A DNA stretch of 38,221 nt from Dehalococcoidia bacterium (lineage in GTDB: Bacteria > Chloroflexota > Dehalococcoidia > Dehalococcoidales > BS750m-G39), in contig JASFEJ010000001.1 in the NCBI GenBank assembly GCA_050124895.1, forward strand, positions 1 through 38,221, in the 5' to 3' direction. The notes beneath the pieces were generated by a model. It had not been told where the DNA came from and searched no databases. It worked only from the letters and a program-made list of their open reading frames with translations. Below are positions 25,625-34,674 of the stretch, piece by piece. Position 1 is the first letter of the stretch. Each line of letters opens with the position of its first letter. Position numbers and translations under genes: made by a program.

Positions 25625-25927
25625 CTAATCGCGGACACCAACGCCCCCTGTCTTATGGATGTGCGCCGGCACATAGGGCAGCAAGGCTAAGTGCCGCGCC
25701 CTCTTTATGGCCAGCGCCAGGGCGCGCTGGTGCTTGGCGCAGGTGCCGGTCTTACGCCGGGGACCAATCTTACCCCTATCCGATATGTAATGGCGCAACT
25801 TAGCCGGGTCTTTGTAATCTATCTCCTTAACTTTATCGACACAGAGAGAACAAAACTTGCGCCTCGGTATATATCTCGACCTACCCGGCCTTCTTGCCCT
25901 TGATTCGTCAGCTCTTCTTCTAGCCAC
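25625..25927 (-). CDS. rpsR: 30S ribosomal protein S18
   Basis: 100 aa. [55 protein letters not shown] start as in the track; start somewhat uncertain. Confidence 0.9.
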   Translation of the reverse strand: MARRRADESRARRPGRSRYIPRRKFCSLCVDKVKEIDYKDPAKLRHYISDRGKIGPRRKTGTCAKHQRALALAIKRARHLALLPYVPAHIHKTGGVGVRD

Positions 25928-25963
25928 CTCTTATTTTCTTACCCAAACCCTTCTAGTAAATTT

Positions 25964-26395
25964 CTAGCCCTCATCGGGGAAGGGCACGTCTTCCACCGCC
26001 GGCTCCGGCTCGCTGGGACTGGAGCTGGACTCCTCGCCCCCCTCTCCGGAAGTGGGCGCCGTTGCCTGTCGGTCGAGGAAGAGCACCCGGTTAGCCACTA
26101 TCTCCGAGCGAGAGCGCTGCTGCCCGTCCTGGCCCTCCCAGCTGCGGGTGTGCAGCCTGCCCTCGGCATAAACACGTTGACCTTTGGTTAGATACTGGTT
26201 GCAATTCTCGGCTAATCTGTTCCAGGCGACTACGGTAAACCATTCCGTTTCCTGCCTACGCTCACCTTCGGGGGTGGTGTAAACTCGATTGGTGGCAACA
26301 CGGAACGAGGTTACCGGATTGCCGTTGGGGGTGAAACGCATTTCGGGTTCAGTGCCAACATTTCCTATTATCATCACTTTGTTCAGGGTCAACAT
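25964..26395 (-). CDS. ssb: single-stranded DNA-binding protein
   Basis: 143 aa. OB-fold N-terminus LNKVMIIGNVGTEPEMRFTPNG, Gly/Ser/Glu-rich linker and an acidic tip EDVPF followed by PDEG. Confidence 0.93.
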   Translation of the reverse strand: MLTLNKVMIIGNVGTEPEMRFTPNGNPVTSFRVATNRVYTTPEGERRQETEWFTVVAWNRLAENCNQYLTKGQRVYAEGRLHTRSWEGQDGQQRSRSEIVANRVLFLDRQATAPTSGEGGEESSSSPSEPEPAVEDVPFPDEG

Positions 26396-26452
26396 CCGTA
26401 AACTCCTTTCGCCCTCGGCAACATCCGTAGGAAACGGGCGTTTCTCCTCAAA

Positions 26453-26782
26453 CTAGCTGTCTAATCTTACTAGTAAATGCCGTAGCACCTCCTCAGATAT
26501 TCGTAAACTGGCTTCAAGCCCTTTGCCCAAGGCCGGTTTCATCTTACATCGAAAGAGAATGTAATAGCCTTCCAGAAAATGCTTGATGGGATAGGCTAGC
26601 TTGCGCTTGCCCCAGCGGTCCGTCTCGTCGACCGTGCCGCCTTCGCGGCTAATCAGTTGGCTGATGTTGTCCACGATGCCGTCAATGCCGTCCTCGGCGA
26701 CTTCGGGGCTGATTATCACCACCAGTTCGTAATCTCGAAGTTTTTTGCTTTCCTCGGTAACCGTATTCTCCTTAGTAACCAT
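26453..26782 (-). CDS. rpsF: 30S ribosomal protein S6
   Basis: 109 aa. YELVVIISPEV ... RWGKRKLAYPIK ... GYYILF. SD AAGGAG at 5-nt spacing. Confidence 0.92.
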   Translation of the reverse strand: MVTKENTVTEESKKLRDYELVVIISPEVAEDGIDGIVDNISQLISREGGTVDETDRWGKRKLAYPIKHFLEGYYILFRCKMKPALGKGLEASLRISEEVLRHLLVRLDS

Positions 26783-26809
26783 ATACTCCTTACCCGTTAG
26801 AGATTAGCT

Positions 26810-26838
26810 ATTATAGCATACAACAAATAATGCAACAA
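26810..26838 (-). promoter_or_regulatory. rpsF-ssb-rpsR promoter (TTGTTG-17-TATAAT)
   Basis: Minus strand: TTGTTG (26833-26838), 17-nt spacer, TATAAT (26810-26815). Confidence 0.45.
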
Positions 26839-26859
26839 TACCTCGATTGCCAACCTAGC

Positions 26860-26888
26860 TTGACAGGGCACAGCGCCCCTGATAGACT
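26860..26888 (+). promoter_or_regulatory. tRNA-Asp promoter (TTGACA-17-TAGACT)
   Basis: TTGACA at 26860-26865, 17-nt spacer, TAGACT at 26883-26888. 14 nt upstream of the tRNA 5' end. Confidence 0.5.
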
Positions 26889-26902
26889 TTGCTTACTGAA
26901 AC

Positions 26903-26979
26903 GGCCCCGTGGTGTAGCGGTCTAACATGCCACCCTGTCACGGTGGAGATCGGGGGTTCGAATCCCCCCGGGGTCGCCA
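26903..26979 (+). tRNA. tRNA-Asp (anticodon GUC), CCA encoded
   Basis: GGCCCCGTGGTGTAGCGGTCTAACATGCCACCCTGTCACGGTGGAGATCGGGGGTTCGAATCCCCCCGGGGTCGCCA. Anticodon arm CCACC-CTGTCAC-GGTGG. Confidence 0.93.
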
Positions 26980-26990
26980 CCCCACCCTTT

Positions 26991-27911
26991 TTACCCCTTC
27001 AGATAGCTGAATGTGGCTATGGCGGCGGTAGCGCCGTCGCCGACGGCGGCGGCAATCTGGCGGGCTGAGCTCTGGCGAACATCCCCGGCGGCAAAGATTC
27101 CCGGAGTTGAGGTTGTCATCGCGGCGTCGGTGATAATATGCCCTGTTTTAGCTAGCTTTAGTATATCGGCGAACTGCTGACTGTTGGGTTTAAGCCCCAC
27201 GGCGATAAAGACGCCGTCTACCTCCAAAGTAGAAGTCTTCTGGGTCTTAACGTTGCGCAGTTTTAATGCCTTGACCGCCTCCCCACCCACAACCTCCTCA
27301 ACGACGCTATCCCAGATGAATTCTATTTTGGGCTGCGCCATAGCCCGCTTCTGCAGGACTTCCCCCGCCCGTAGCTGGTCACGGCGGTGGATGACGTAGA
27401 CCCTGGTGGCATGCTGGATAAGCTCCAGGGCGTCGGTGATGGCGGCATCGCCACCACCCACCACCGCCACCTCTTTTTTACGGAAGAAAAAGCCGTCGCA
27501 GGTGGCGCAGTAGGAGATGCCGTGCCCGGTAAGCGTTTCCTCACCGGGAACGCCCAGCTTTTGGTAGTCCGAGCCAGCGGCGATAATAACCGCCTCGGCC
27601 TCGAAGCTGCCCTGGCTGGTAATAACCTTATGCGTCTTGCCCGCCTTTAGTCCGGTGACCTCGGCCGTTAGCGTCTCCAGCCCGTATTTAGCCGCCTGCT
27701 TATGCATCAGGGCACCCAGCTCGGCACCGGAGATACCCTCGGGGAAACCGGGGTAGTTTTCCACCAGCGGTGCGTTAAACATCTGTCCGCCGAAGGCGCC
27801 GCGCTCGATGAGCAGGCTTTTAAGCCCCGCCCGCGCCGTGTAAAGCCCGGCGGTAAGCCCGGCCGGACCGCCACCGATAATGACCACCTCGTACTTCTTG
27901 GTTTGAGCCAT
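26991..27911 (-). CDS. trxB: thioredoxin-disulfide reductase
   Basis: 306 aa. FAD motif VIIGGGPAGLTAG, redox-active CATCDG, NADPH motif VVGGGDAA, C-terminal GDV...Q motif. Confidence 0.93.
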   Translation of the reverse strand: MAQTKKYEVVIIGGGPAGLTAGLYTARAGLKSLLIERGAFGGQMFNAPLVENYPGFPEGISGAELGALMHKQAAKYGLETLTAEVTGLKAGKTHKVITSQGSFEAEAVIIAAGSDYQKLGVPGEETLTGHGISYCATCDGFFFRKKEVAVVGGGDAAITDALELIQHATRVYVIHRRDQLRAGEVLQKRAMAQPKIEFIWDSVVEEVVGGEAVKALKLRNVKTQKTSTLEVDGVFIAVGLKPNSQQFADILKLAKTGHIITDAAMTTSTPGIFAAGDVRQSSARQIAAAVGDGATAAIATFSYLKG

Positions 27912-28060
27912 CGCTTACCTTCTTAAAAAACCTCGTTTTTAGATTATAGCATAGAATACCTTATTATTATGATGCAGACCAAATCGTCACCGCAAAGGTG
28001 AACTTGTCTTATGACATATGCAGCGTGTAGAATCTAATACAGAATTCGGGTGATAAATCT

Positions 28061-29515
28061 TTGAAAAACAGTCCTGACAGAAAGATTCACTGGCCACACA
28101 TCTTCGACCCCAAGTCGGTGGCCGTCATCGGCGCCTCCAACAACCCCGGCTCCTGGGGACACGGCATTATGCAGCACCTCCTCCGCCCCGCCCGCCGCCG
28201 AATCTACCCGGTTAACCCCAACGCTGCCGAGGTTATGGGCGTTAAGAGCTATGCCAGCGTGCTCGATATCCCCGAGCCGGTGGAGCTGGCCGTCATCGTC
28301 GTCGCCTCACCGCGGGTGCCCCAGCTAATCCGCGAGTGCGTCCAGAAAGGGATAAAGGCAGCGGTGGTCGTCTCCGGTGGCTTCGCCGAAAGCGGCGGCG
28401 AGGGCGTCAAGCTGGAAGCCGACCTGGTCGAGGTCGCCCGTCAGGGGGGAATACGTTTTATCGGACCCAACGCCATGGGCCACGCCGATACTTCATCCCA
28501 ATTATCCACGCTGGCCTGGACCTTCGAGACTCCTCCCGGGCCGGTGGCTCTCATCGCCCAGAGCGGCAACTACGGGCACCGTATACTCCACCGTGGCATG
28601 ATGTCGGGCATCGGCTTTAGCAAATTCGTCTGCACCGGCAACGAAGCCGACATACACCTGGAAGACTACTTCGAATACGTGGCCGAGGACAAGGACACCA
28701 GGATAATCGCCCTCTACATCGAAGGTCTAAGAGAAGGCAGACGTTTTTTTGAGTTAGCCAAAAAGATTACCCCTCACAAACCCGTCATCGTCATCAAGTC
28801 GGGGGCGACCAAGGCCTCGGCAGAAGCGGCCAGGTCCCACACCGCCACCCTGGCCGGCTCGGACGAGGTCTATGCCGCCGCCTTCCACCAGGCAGGGGTG
28901 CTCAGGGTAGAGGACGACGACGAGCTCTGCGACGTGGTCACCGCTCTACTCTACCAGCCATTGCCCCACGGCCGCAAGATTGGCATCCTGACCATCGGGG
29001 GCGGCCTGGGGGTAATGTCCGCCGAAGCCTGCGAAAAAGAGGGCTTAGCCATACCTAAGCTGGCGCCAGCGACAATAGAAAAGCTGAATAACCACCTGCC
29101 GCCGCGCTGGTCCCACGCCAACCCGGTGGATATGGCCGGCATCAGCATGGCCGAAAACGAGGCCATCTTTCCCTCCCTCTTCGCCATGATGGAGGACAAG
29201 GATATCGACGCCGTCCTGCTGCAAGCGCCCATCGGGGCTAACACCGACCGCCTGGCCACCATGTATAATAAGGAAGAGATTAAGGCCTACCGCCAGGCGG
29301 AGGAAAGCGCCCTGGACAAGCTTAAGCTACGGGTCAAGCGGGACGAAAAGCCGGTCTTCATGGTCAAGCCCGCCGTCGAATTCGCCACCGACCCCGAGGT
29401 CGCCTCTCTCTTCAGCCGGGAGGCCCTACCGGTCTACCCCAGCCCGCGCCGCGCCGCCAGGGTATTGAACCAGCTGGCCTGGTACCGAGATTATCTCAAC
29501 TCTATTGAACGATAA
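28061..29515 (+). CDS. ADP-forming acetyl-CoA synthetase alpha-subunit-like (CoA-binding + ligase-CoA domains)
   Basis: 484 aa with a TTG start. SVAVIGASNNPGSWG CoA-binding N-terminus and phosphohistidine loop ARSHTATLAGS. Candidate promoter TTGTCT-18-TAGAAT upstream. Confidence 0.85.
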   Translation: MKNSPDRKIHWPHIFDPKSVAVIGASNNPGSWGHGIMQHLLRPARRRIYPVNPNAAEVMGVKSYASVLDIPEPVELAVIVVASPRVPQLIRECVQKGIKAAVVVSGGFAESGGEGVKLEADLVEVARQGGIRFIGPNAMGHADTSSQLSTLAWTFETPPGPVALIAQSGNYGHRILHRGMMSGIGFSKFVCTGNEADIHLEDYFEYVAEDKDTRIIALYIEGLREGRRFFELAKKITPHKPVIVIKSGATKASAEAARSHTATLAGSDEVYAAAFHQAGVLRVEDDDELCDVVTALLYQPLPHGRKIGILTIGGGLGVMSAEACEKEGLAIPKLAPATIEKLNNHLPPRWSHANPVDMAGISMAENEAIFPSLFAMMEDKDIDAVLLQAPIGANTDRLATMYNKEEIKAYRQAEESALDKLKLRVKRDEKPVFMVKPAVEFATDPEVASLFSREALPVYPSPRRAARVLNQLAWYRDYLNSIER

Positions 29516-29735
29516 AAGCCCTGCCTGATTATAGTCAATAATAGTCAATTTGCCCCAAACAGCCGAGCCTACCCGCCGTAACCGGCAATAAAAGTGCGCC
29601 TTGTCCAAAAATCACCCGAAACTGGCAGGGAAAAGGAGTATGAGCGCAATTAGAAAAGCTCGGAAGGGCGGAAGCCTATTCCCTCCCCCATACAATAAAC
29701 TTGACGCCGAAGGTTGCCAATAAGTATGATAAAGT

Positions 29736-29972
29736 ATGCTAGACGGCAAATGCCCAAAGTGCGCCTATCACTGTTCAGGTTGGGCGTTGCAGTTCCCCCA
29801 AAATCAGACGTGTCCCAGATGCGGTACGGGGTTGGTGATTACGGAGGGCGGTCGGAAAATTTCCACTGGCTACTCACCATTCACGGCGGAAAAGTACGTC
29901 ATCGATAAGCCCGACAAAACCCCCACCCCCACCAAGAAAGAGGGCGGCCGAGACAAGTCTTCCCGCTCTTAA
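29736..29972 (+). CDS. hypothetical zinc-ribbon protein with Lys/Thr/Pro-rich tail
   Basis: 78 aa. CPKC-x17-CPRC zinc-ribbon spacing. No SD; TTGACG-18-TATGAT ends 5 nt before the ATG, so it may be leaderless. Confidence 0.5.
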   Translation: MLDGKCPKCAYHCSGWALQFPQNQTCPRCGTGLVITEGGRKISTGYSPFTAEKYVIDKPDKTPTPTKKEGGRDKSSRS

Positions 29973-30212
29973 ACTAATCGCTCATCTGGAGCCACGGCTT
30001 CCGCTTTAGTGTCGGCAAATTTTCCCACCGATTTTTCAGGTAAAAAAATTTGCCATGCCCTATTATTTTATGCTATCCTTCAAGCGGCAAAAGGTTATTA
30101 GCTTTTAAGTAGCCGTGGCTCTGCCCAATTTGAGAATTTTACTTTCAAGGCCCAACAAAGATTAAGGGTCGATTTTTTTGGATAAAATCATAGCTAAGCG
30201 GGAGGTAAATCT

Positions 30213-31670
30213 ATGAATAAACGGGATAAGCTTGTGGCCATCGTCGGCGTCGAGAACTTCTCCGATGACCCCAAGGCTTTAGAGAGCTACGCTAAAGACT
30301 TCAGCCTCCAGCCAGCCGGAATGCCCGACTACGCGGTCAAACCCAAGGACACCGAGGAAGTGCAAAAAATCATCCAGGTAGCCAACGACCATTCGCTACC
30401 GGTAGTGCCGGTCAGCTCCTGGGTGCACTTCTACGGGACGACCATCCCCAAGAAGGGCGGCATCATCCTCGACCTTACCCGGATGAACCGCATCTTCGAG
30501 GTCGATGATTTCAACAAACGCGTAAGGTTTGAAGCTGGAGTAACCTGGGAGCAGCTCACCAACCACCTGGCCGAGAAGGGCTTCCGCATAATGCTGCCCC
30601 TTCTCCCCCACCCCCAGCGCTCGGTGCTTACCGACACCCTGGAAAGAGAGGTCATCACCAACACCGTCTATGACTACGGAGAGCCGCTGCAGAGCATGGA
30701 AGTCGTCTGGCCCAACGGCGAGGTCTTCCGCACCGGCTCGGCCAGCGTCACGGGCTACCCCGATTCCCCCTCCAAGGGGGGCCAACCGGCGGGGCCCGGC
30801 TTAGACTTCTACAGATTCCTACAGCTGGCCCAGGGGACGATGGGAGCGGTGACCTGGGCTAACCTCAAGACCGAATTCCCGACCCAGAAAGACAAGGTGT
30901 TCATCACCCCGGTCAAAGACCTCAACATGGTTATTGAATTCCTCTACAGAATACTGAAGATAAGAATCGGCCAGGAGTGCCTGCTGCTGAATAACACCGA
31001 CCTAGCGGCAATAATGGCCAAGGACATGCAGAAAGAGTTCGCCTCGCTAAAGGCTTCGTTGCCGGCCTGGACGCTCTTTATGGTCATCAGCGGACATTTC
31101 CGCGACCCCGACGGCAAGATTAGATACGAAGAGAAAGCGCTCAACGAGATTATCAAAAACGAGTTCCCCCAAATCTCGTTCAGCCCAGACCTACCCGGGC
31201 TCCCCGGCTCGGGCCAAAAGCTACTGGACATGTTCCGCAAACCCTGGCCCAAGGAAGTAACCTACTGGAAGAACCGCTACAAGGGCGGTTGCCACAGCAT
31301 CTTCTTCATCACCAAACCGATGCTGGCGCCCAAGTTCATCGAGAGGATGGAAGCGATGGCTTCCCGGCACGGCTACCCCGAAGGCGACCTGGGCATCTAT
31401 CTACAGCCCATAGAGCATAATCGGGCCTGCCAGCTGGAATTCAACCTCTTCTACGACCCCGCCAGCAACCCCGAGGTGGAACGAGTGCGCAACCTGGCCA
31501 GCGAAGCCGCCAAAACCATATTCGACAATGGCGGGCTCTTCACCCGCCCCTACGGCGAGTGGGCCAAGATGGTTTACGACAAAGCCAACGGCTACGCCGT
31601 TACCCTGAAGAGGGTGAAAAAGCTCTTCGACCCCAATAATATAATGAACCCGGGTAATCTGTGTTTCTAG
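30213..31670 (+). CDS. FAD-binding oxidoreductase (PCMH-type FAD_binding_4 fold), VAO/PCMH-like
   Basis: 485 aa. SD GGGAGG at 7-nt spacing. PDYAVKPKDTEEVQKIIQVANDHSLPVVPVSSWVHFYG matches the start of a FAD_binding_4 domain. C-terminal FDPNNIMNPGN is typical of FAD-linked oxidases. Confidence 0.82.
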   Translation: MNKRDKLVAIVGVENFSDDPKALESYAKDFSLQPAGMPDYAVKPKDTEEVQKIIQVANDHSLPVVPVSSWVHFYGTTIPKKGGIILDLTRMNRIFEVDDFNKRVRFEAGVTWEQLTNHLAEKGFRIMLPLLPHPQRSVLTDTLEREVITNTVYDYGEPLQSMEVVWPNGEVFRTGSASVTGYPDSPSKGGQPAGPGLDFYRFLQLAQGTMGAVTWANLKTEFPTQKDKVFITPVKDLNMVIEFLYRILKIRIGQECLLLNNTDLAAIMAKDMQKEFASLKASLPAWTLFMVISGHFRDPDGKIRYEEKALNEIIKNEFPQISFSPDLPGLPGSGQKLLDMFRKPWPKEVTYWKNRYKGGCHSIFFITKPMLAPKFIERMEAMASRHGYPEGDLGIYLQPIEHNRACQLEFNLFYDPASNPEVERVRNLASEAAKTIFDNGGLFTRPYGEWAKMVYDKANGYAVTLKRVKKLFDPNNIMNPGNLCF

Positions 31671-31682
31671 GGAGGATTAAAG

Positions 31683-32972
31683 ATGCTCAAAGGTAAAGTG
31701 AAGCTGGATGTAACCAACTTAGATAACTTTGAATACGACATGAGCAAGTGCATCAAGTGCAAGGGGTGCACCTGGGTCGACCATATTTATATGCCCGGGA
31801 TGAACTTCAGCACCCGCTGCCCCAGCGCCACCAAGTATCTGTTCGACTCCTACGGCGCCTACGGCAAGATGAGAATCGGGACGGCCATGCTCGAGGGCAG
31901 GATGGAGTATACCGACGAACTGCTCAAGATACTCTACGCCTGCACCCTCTGCGGCGCCTGCGACGTGGGCTGCAAGCGCAACCTCGACCTGGAGATAGAG
32001 CTTACCCTCGAGGCGCTCAGAATAAAGGCGGTCAAGGACGGCAAGGGGCCCATGCCCCAGCACAAAAAGCTGGCCCAGAACATAGCCGAAAAGCACAACC
32101 GTCTCGGCTCCCCCCACGCCAACCGCAACAACTGGCTGCCCAAGGACGTTAAACCGGCCGAAAAGGCCGATGTCCTCTATTTCGTCGGCTGCTCGGCGGC
32201 TTACACCAGCCCCGAGATTGCCCAGGCGACGGCCAAGATACTCAAGGCCTCGGGCACGCCCTTCATGCTCATGCCCGACGAGTGGTGCTGCGGCAACGTG
32301 CTCTACTCGGTAGGCATGATTGACGAGGCCAGGGAGCTGGCCAAGCGCAATATCGAAGAGGTCAGAAAGACGGGCGCCAAGACCCTGCTGGTAAGCTGCG
32401 CCGAAGGCTACCGGATGTGGAAGGTCGACTATCCCAAGATGCTCGATATCGCCACCGATGATTTGGGCTTCAAGGTCGTCCACCTGGTGGAGTTCGTTGA
32501 CGAGCTGGTCAAGAAGGGGGCGCTCAAGCTCAAGAAGAAGGTTGACCTCAAACTCACCTACCACGATTCCTGCAGCCTGAGCCGCTTGAGCGAGCCCTGG
32601 ACCCCCTGGGAGGGCGAGCGCGGCGAGTGGGGCATGGTAGAACCCCGGCTGGAAAGACGACGCGGCGAAAACGGCGTCTACCAGCCACCCCGAGATATCT
32701 TGCAGGCTATCCCCGGCGTTGAGCTGGTGGAAATGGTAAGGATGAAGGAAAACGCCTTCTGCTGCGGCGCGGGCCGCGGCACCAGGGAAGCCTTCCCCGA
32801 CTTCGCCTCCTGGGCGGCCAAGGAAAGGCTTGAGGAGGTAAAGGCCATCGGAGCTAAGGCTCTGGTCGCCACCTGTCCCTGGTGCAAGGAGAACTTCGCC
32901 CAGGCCGTAAACAAGGAAGGTGAAAAAATAAAGGTGCTCGATATTTCCGAAATTATACTGGCGGCAATATAG
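31683..32972 (+). CDS. (Fe-S)-binding CCG-domain protein (HdrD / GlcF / GlpC-like)
   Basis: 429 aa. Two ferredoxin-type motifs (CIKCKGC...CP and CTLCGACDVGC). Two CCG domains (VGCSAAY...WCCGNV; YHDSCS...AFCCGAG). SD GGGAGG at 7-nt spacing. Confidence 0.88.
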   Translation: MLKGKVKLDVTNLDNFEYDMSKCIKCKGCTWVDHIYMPGMNFSTRCPSATKYLFDSYGAYGKMRIGTAMLEGRMEYTDELLKILYACTLCGACDVGCKRNLDLEIELTLEALRIKAVKDGKGPMPQHKKLAQNIAEKHNRLGSPHANRNNWLPKDVKPAEKADVLYFVGCSAAYTSPEIAQATAKILKASGTPFMLMPDEWCCGNVLYSVGMIDEARELAKRNIEEVRKTGAKTLLVSCAEGYRMWKVDYPKMLDIATDDLGFKVVHLVEFVDELVKKGALKLKKKVDLKLTYHDSCSLSRLSEPWTPWEGERGEWGMVEPRLERRRGENGVYQPPRDILQAIPGVELVEMVRMKENAFCCGAGRGTREAFPDFASWAAKERLEEVKAIGAKALVATCPWCKENFAQAVNKEGEKIKVLDISEIILAAI

Positions 32973-32991
32973 AGGCTAAGGAGGCTAGATT

Positions 32992-34596
32992 ATGGCTATA
33001 TCCAAAGAAGCATACAAAGCGCTGGAATCTATTGTCGGCAAAGAATATATCTCGTCCGACCCTGTAATCTGCGAAGGCTATCGCTCCGGACCGGGCGGCT
33101 ATGAGTGCGGGCTGGGCTACGAGAGGGTAATGACCAAGATACCCGGCGGCATTATCATGCCGCGGACTACCGAGGAAGTCCAGAAGATAGTTAAGGCCTG
33201 TAACAAATACAAAGTACCCTACGTACCCTACAGCACCGGCTGGTACGGGCCACGCTCCCACTGCCACGTCAACGACGAGCTGCTCATCGACCTGAAGAGA
33301 ATGACCTCTTGCACGATTGACGATAAGCACCTCTACGCCACGGTGGAATCGGGGGTTATTTATTCCCAGCTCCAGGAAGAGGCGATGAAGCGGGGCTGCT
33401 ATATTGTGGTCGGCGGCGGCGGTTCGCAGTGCTCCGCCATCGCCAATATGCTCGGCGACGGCTGGTCGCCCCTAAGCTACCGCATCGGCCTGCCCCACCG
33501 CCGCATCCTGGGCACGGAACTGGTCCTGCCCGACGGCGAGTTGGTCAAGATGGGCTCGCTGGCCACCGGCGAAGACGACTTCTGGGGCGAGGGGCCCGGC
33601 CCCGACCTGAGGGGGCTGCTGCGCGGCTTCACCGGGGTCAGGGGATGTTTGGGCATCGTCACCAAGATGGCCATAAAACTCCTCCCCTTCCAGCCCGAAA
33701 GGCTGGTACCGTCGGGGATTTCACCCCACACCACCCTGGAGCTCCCCGTCAAGAGGGTAAAATGGATAAACTTCACCATGCCCGATAAGAACTCCATGAA
33801 ACAGGCCATGTTCGAGATGGCCAAGACGGAAATCGGGGGCGGAGCGACCAAGGTACCCATCTTCTGGCGGGCTATCGCCAAAGCCAACTGCAAAGAGGAT
33901 TTCTGGGATATCTGGTCGCAGGAAACCGAGGAGTCCATCGCCAACTTCCACCTGCTGCGCGTACTGCTCATCGCCTTTACCTCCGATGAGCAGATGGAAT
34001 ACGAAGAGAAGATACTCAACGAGATTATTACCGAGCTCGGCGGTGAGGCACGCCGCACCCGCCCCTCCGACGAGTCCTGGTTTAAGAACGCCGACTCGGC
34101 GGGGATGTGGCTGATGTGCGGCAGCTACGTCTCGGTGGATTATGTCATCGAGACACTGACGCACGCCATCCCCCACGGAGAAAACTACGCCGCGTTGAAG
34201 CCTAAATTTACCCCGCCGCTTATGCCCGACTACGGCGACCCCGGCTGGTTCCAGAGCTTCGAGCTGGGCCACCAGGGCTACTCCGAGTTCCTCGTCTACT
34301 GGGACCCGGACGTAGACACCGACGGCGTCGATTTCTTCTATCTGGAGACATCAAAGGAGAATATAAGAAAGCGTTTCTACACTTCGCTGCTGGGCCCTCA
34401 CCAGCCGCTGTATCTTACCGGACCTGCCTACGGGCCCAACTACCATACCTGGATGCTCAAGGTCAAGGACGAATTCGACCCGCAGTTCCTCTGCCACCCA
34501 CCCGTACCCCTGGCGCACGACGAGTTCGTCGAGAAAGCGGAGTGGATGAGGCCGATGAAAGACTGGGAAAGCCCGGATTTTAAACTCATGTCGTAA
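32992..34596 (+). CDS. FAD-binding oxidoreductase (PCMH-type), second distinct VAO/PCMH-like flavoprotein
   Basis: 534 aa. SD AAGGAGG at 7-nt spacing. GGIIMPRTTEEVQKIVKACNKYKVPYVPYSTGWYGPRS FAD_binding_4 start. Only distantly related to 30213..31670. Confidence 0.8.
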   Translation: MAISKEAYKALESIVGKEYISSDPVICEGYRSGPGGYECGLGYERVMTKIPGGIIMPRTTEEVQKIVKACNKYKVPYVPYSTGWYGPRSHCHVNDELLIDLKRMTSCTIDDKHLYATVESGVIYSQLQEEAMKRGCYIVVGGGGSQCSAIANMLGDGWSPLSYRIGLPHRRILGTELVLPDGELVKMGSLATGEDDFWGEGPGPDLRGLLRGFTGVRGCLGIVTKMAIKLLPFQPERLVPSGISPHTTLELPVKRVKWINFTMPDKNSMKQAMFEMAKTEIGGGATKVPIFWRAIAKANCKEDFWDIWSQETEESIANFHLLRVLLIAFTSDEQMEYEEKILNEIITELGGEARRTRPSDESWFKNADSAGMWLMCGSYVSVDYVIETLTHAIPHGENYAALKPKFTPPLMPDYGDPGWFQSFELGHQGYSEFLVYWDPDVDTDGVDFFYLETSKENIRKRFYTSLLGPHQPLYLTGPAYGPNYHTWMLKVKDEFDPQFLCHPPVPLAHDEFVEKAEWMRPMKDWESPDFKLMS

Positions 34597-34674
34597 TCAA
34601 AATTTGCATACTAACTAGTTATTGTGTGAAAATATAAGCGGGTACAGCCCAATAATCAAGGAAGAGCCGCGCTA

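Noticed and set aside
29640-29723. 27-aa ORF (MSAIRKARKGGSLFPPPYNKLDAEGCQ) preceded by AAGGAG.
   Set aside because: The SD is only 1 nt from the ATG. The ORF overlaps the predicted promoter of the Zn-ribbon gene. The peptide has no recognisable features, so the sequence alone gives insufficient support.
29714-29908. Alternative 64-aa ORF overlapping the Zn-ribbon ORF in another frame.
   Set aside because: Its translation is featureless. The competing frame (29736..29972) gives a clean CxxC-x17-CxxC zinc ribbon and a promoter-aligned start.
30213-34596. Calling the three genes glycolate oxidase GlcD/GlcF/GlcE.
   Set aside because: The gene order is D-F-E-like. However, both flavoproteins lack the Gly-rich GGG(T/H)S-type loop I expect in GlcD-type enzymes. 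The second flavoprotein, at 534 aa, is much larger than GlcE. The assignment is kept generic pending phylogeny.
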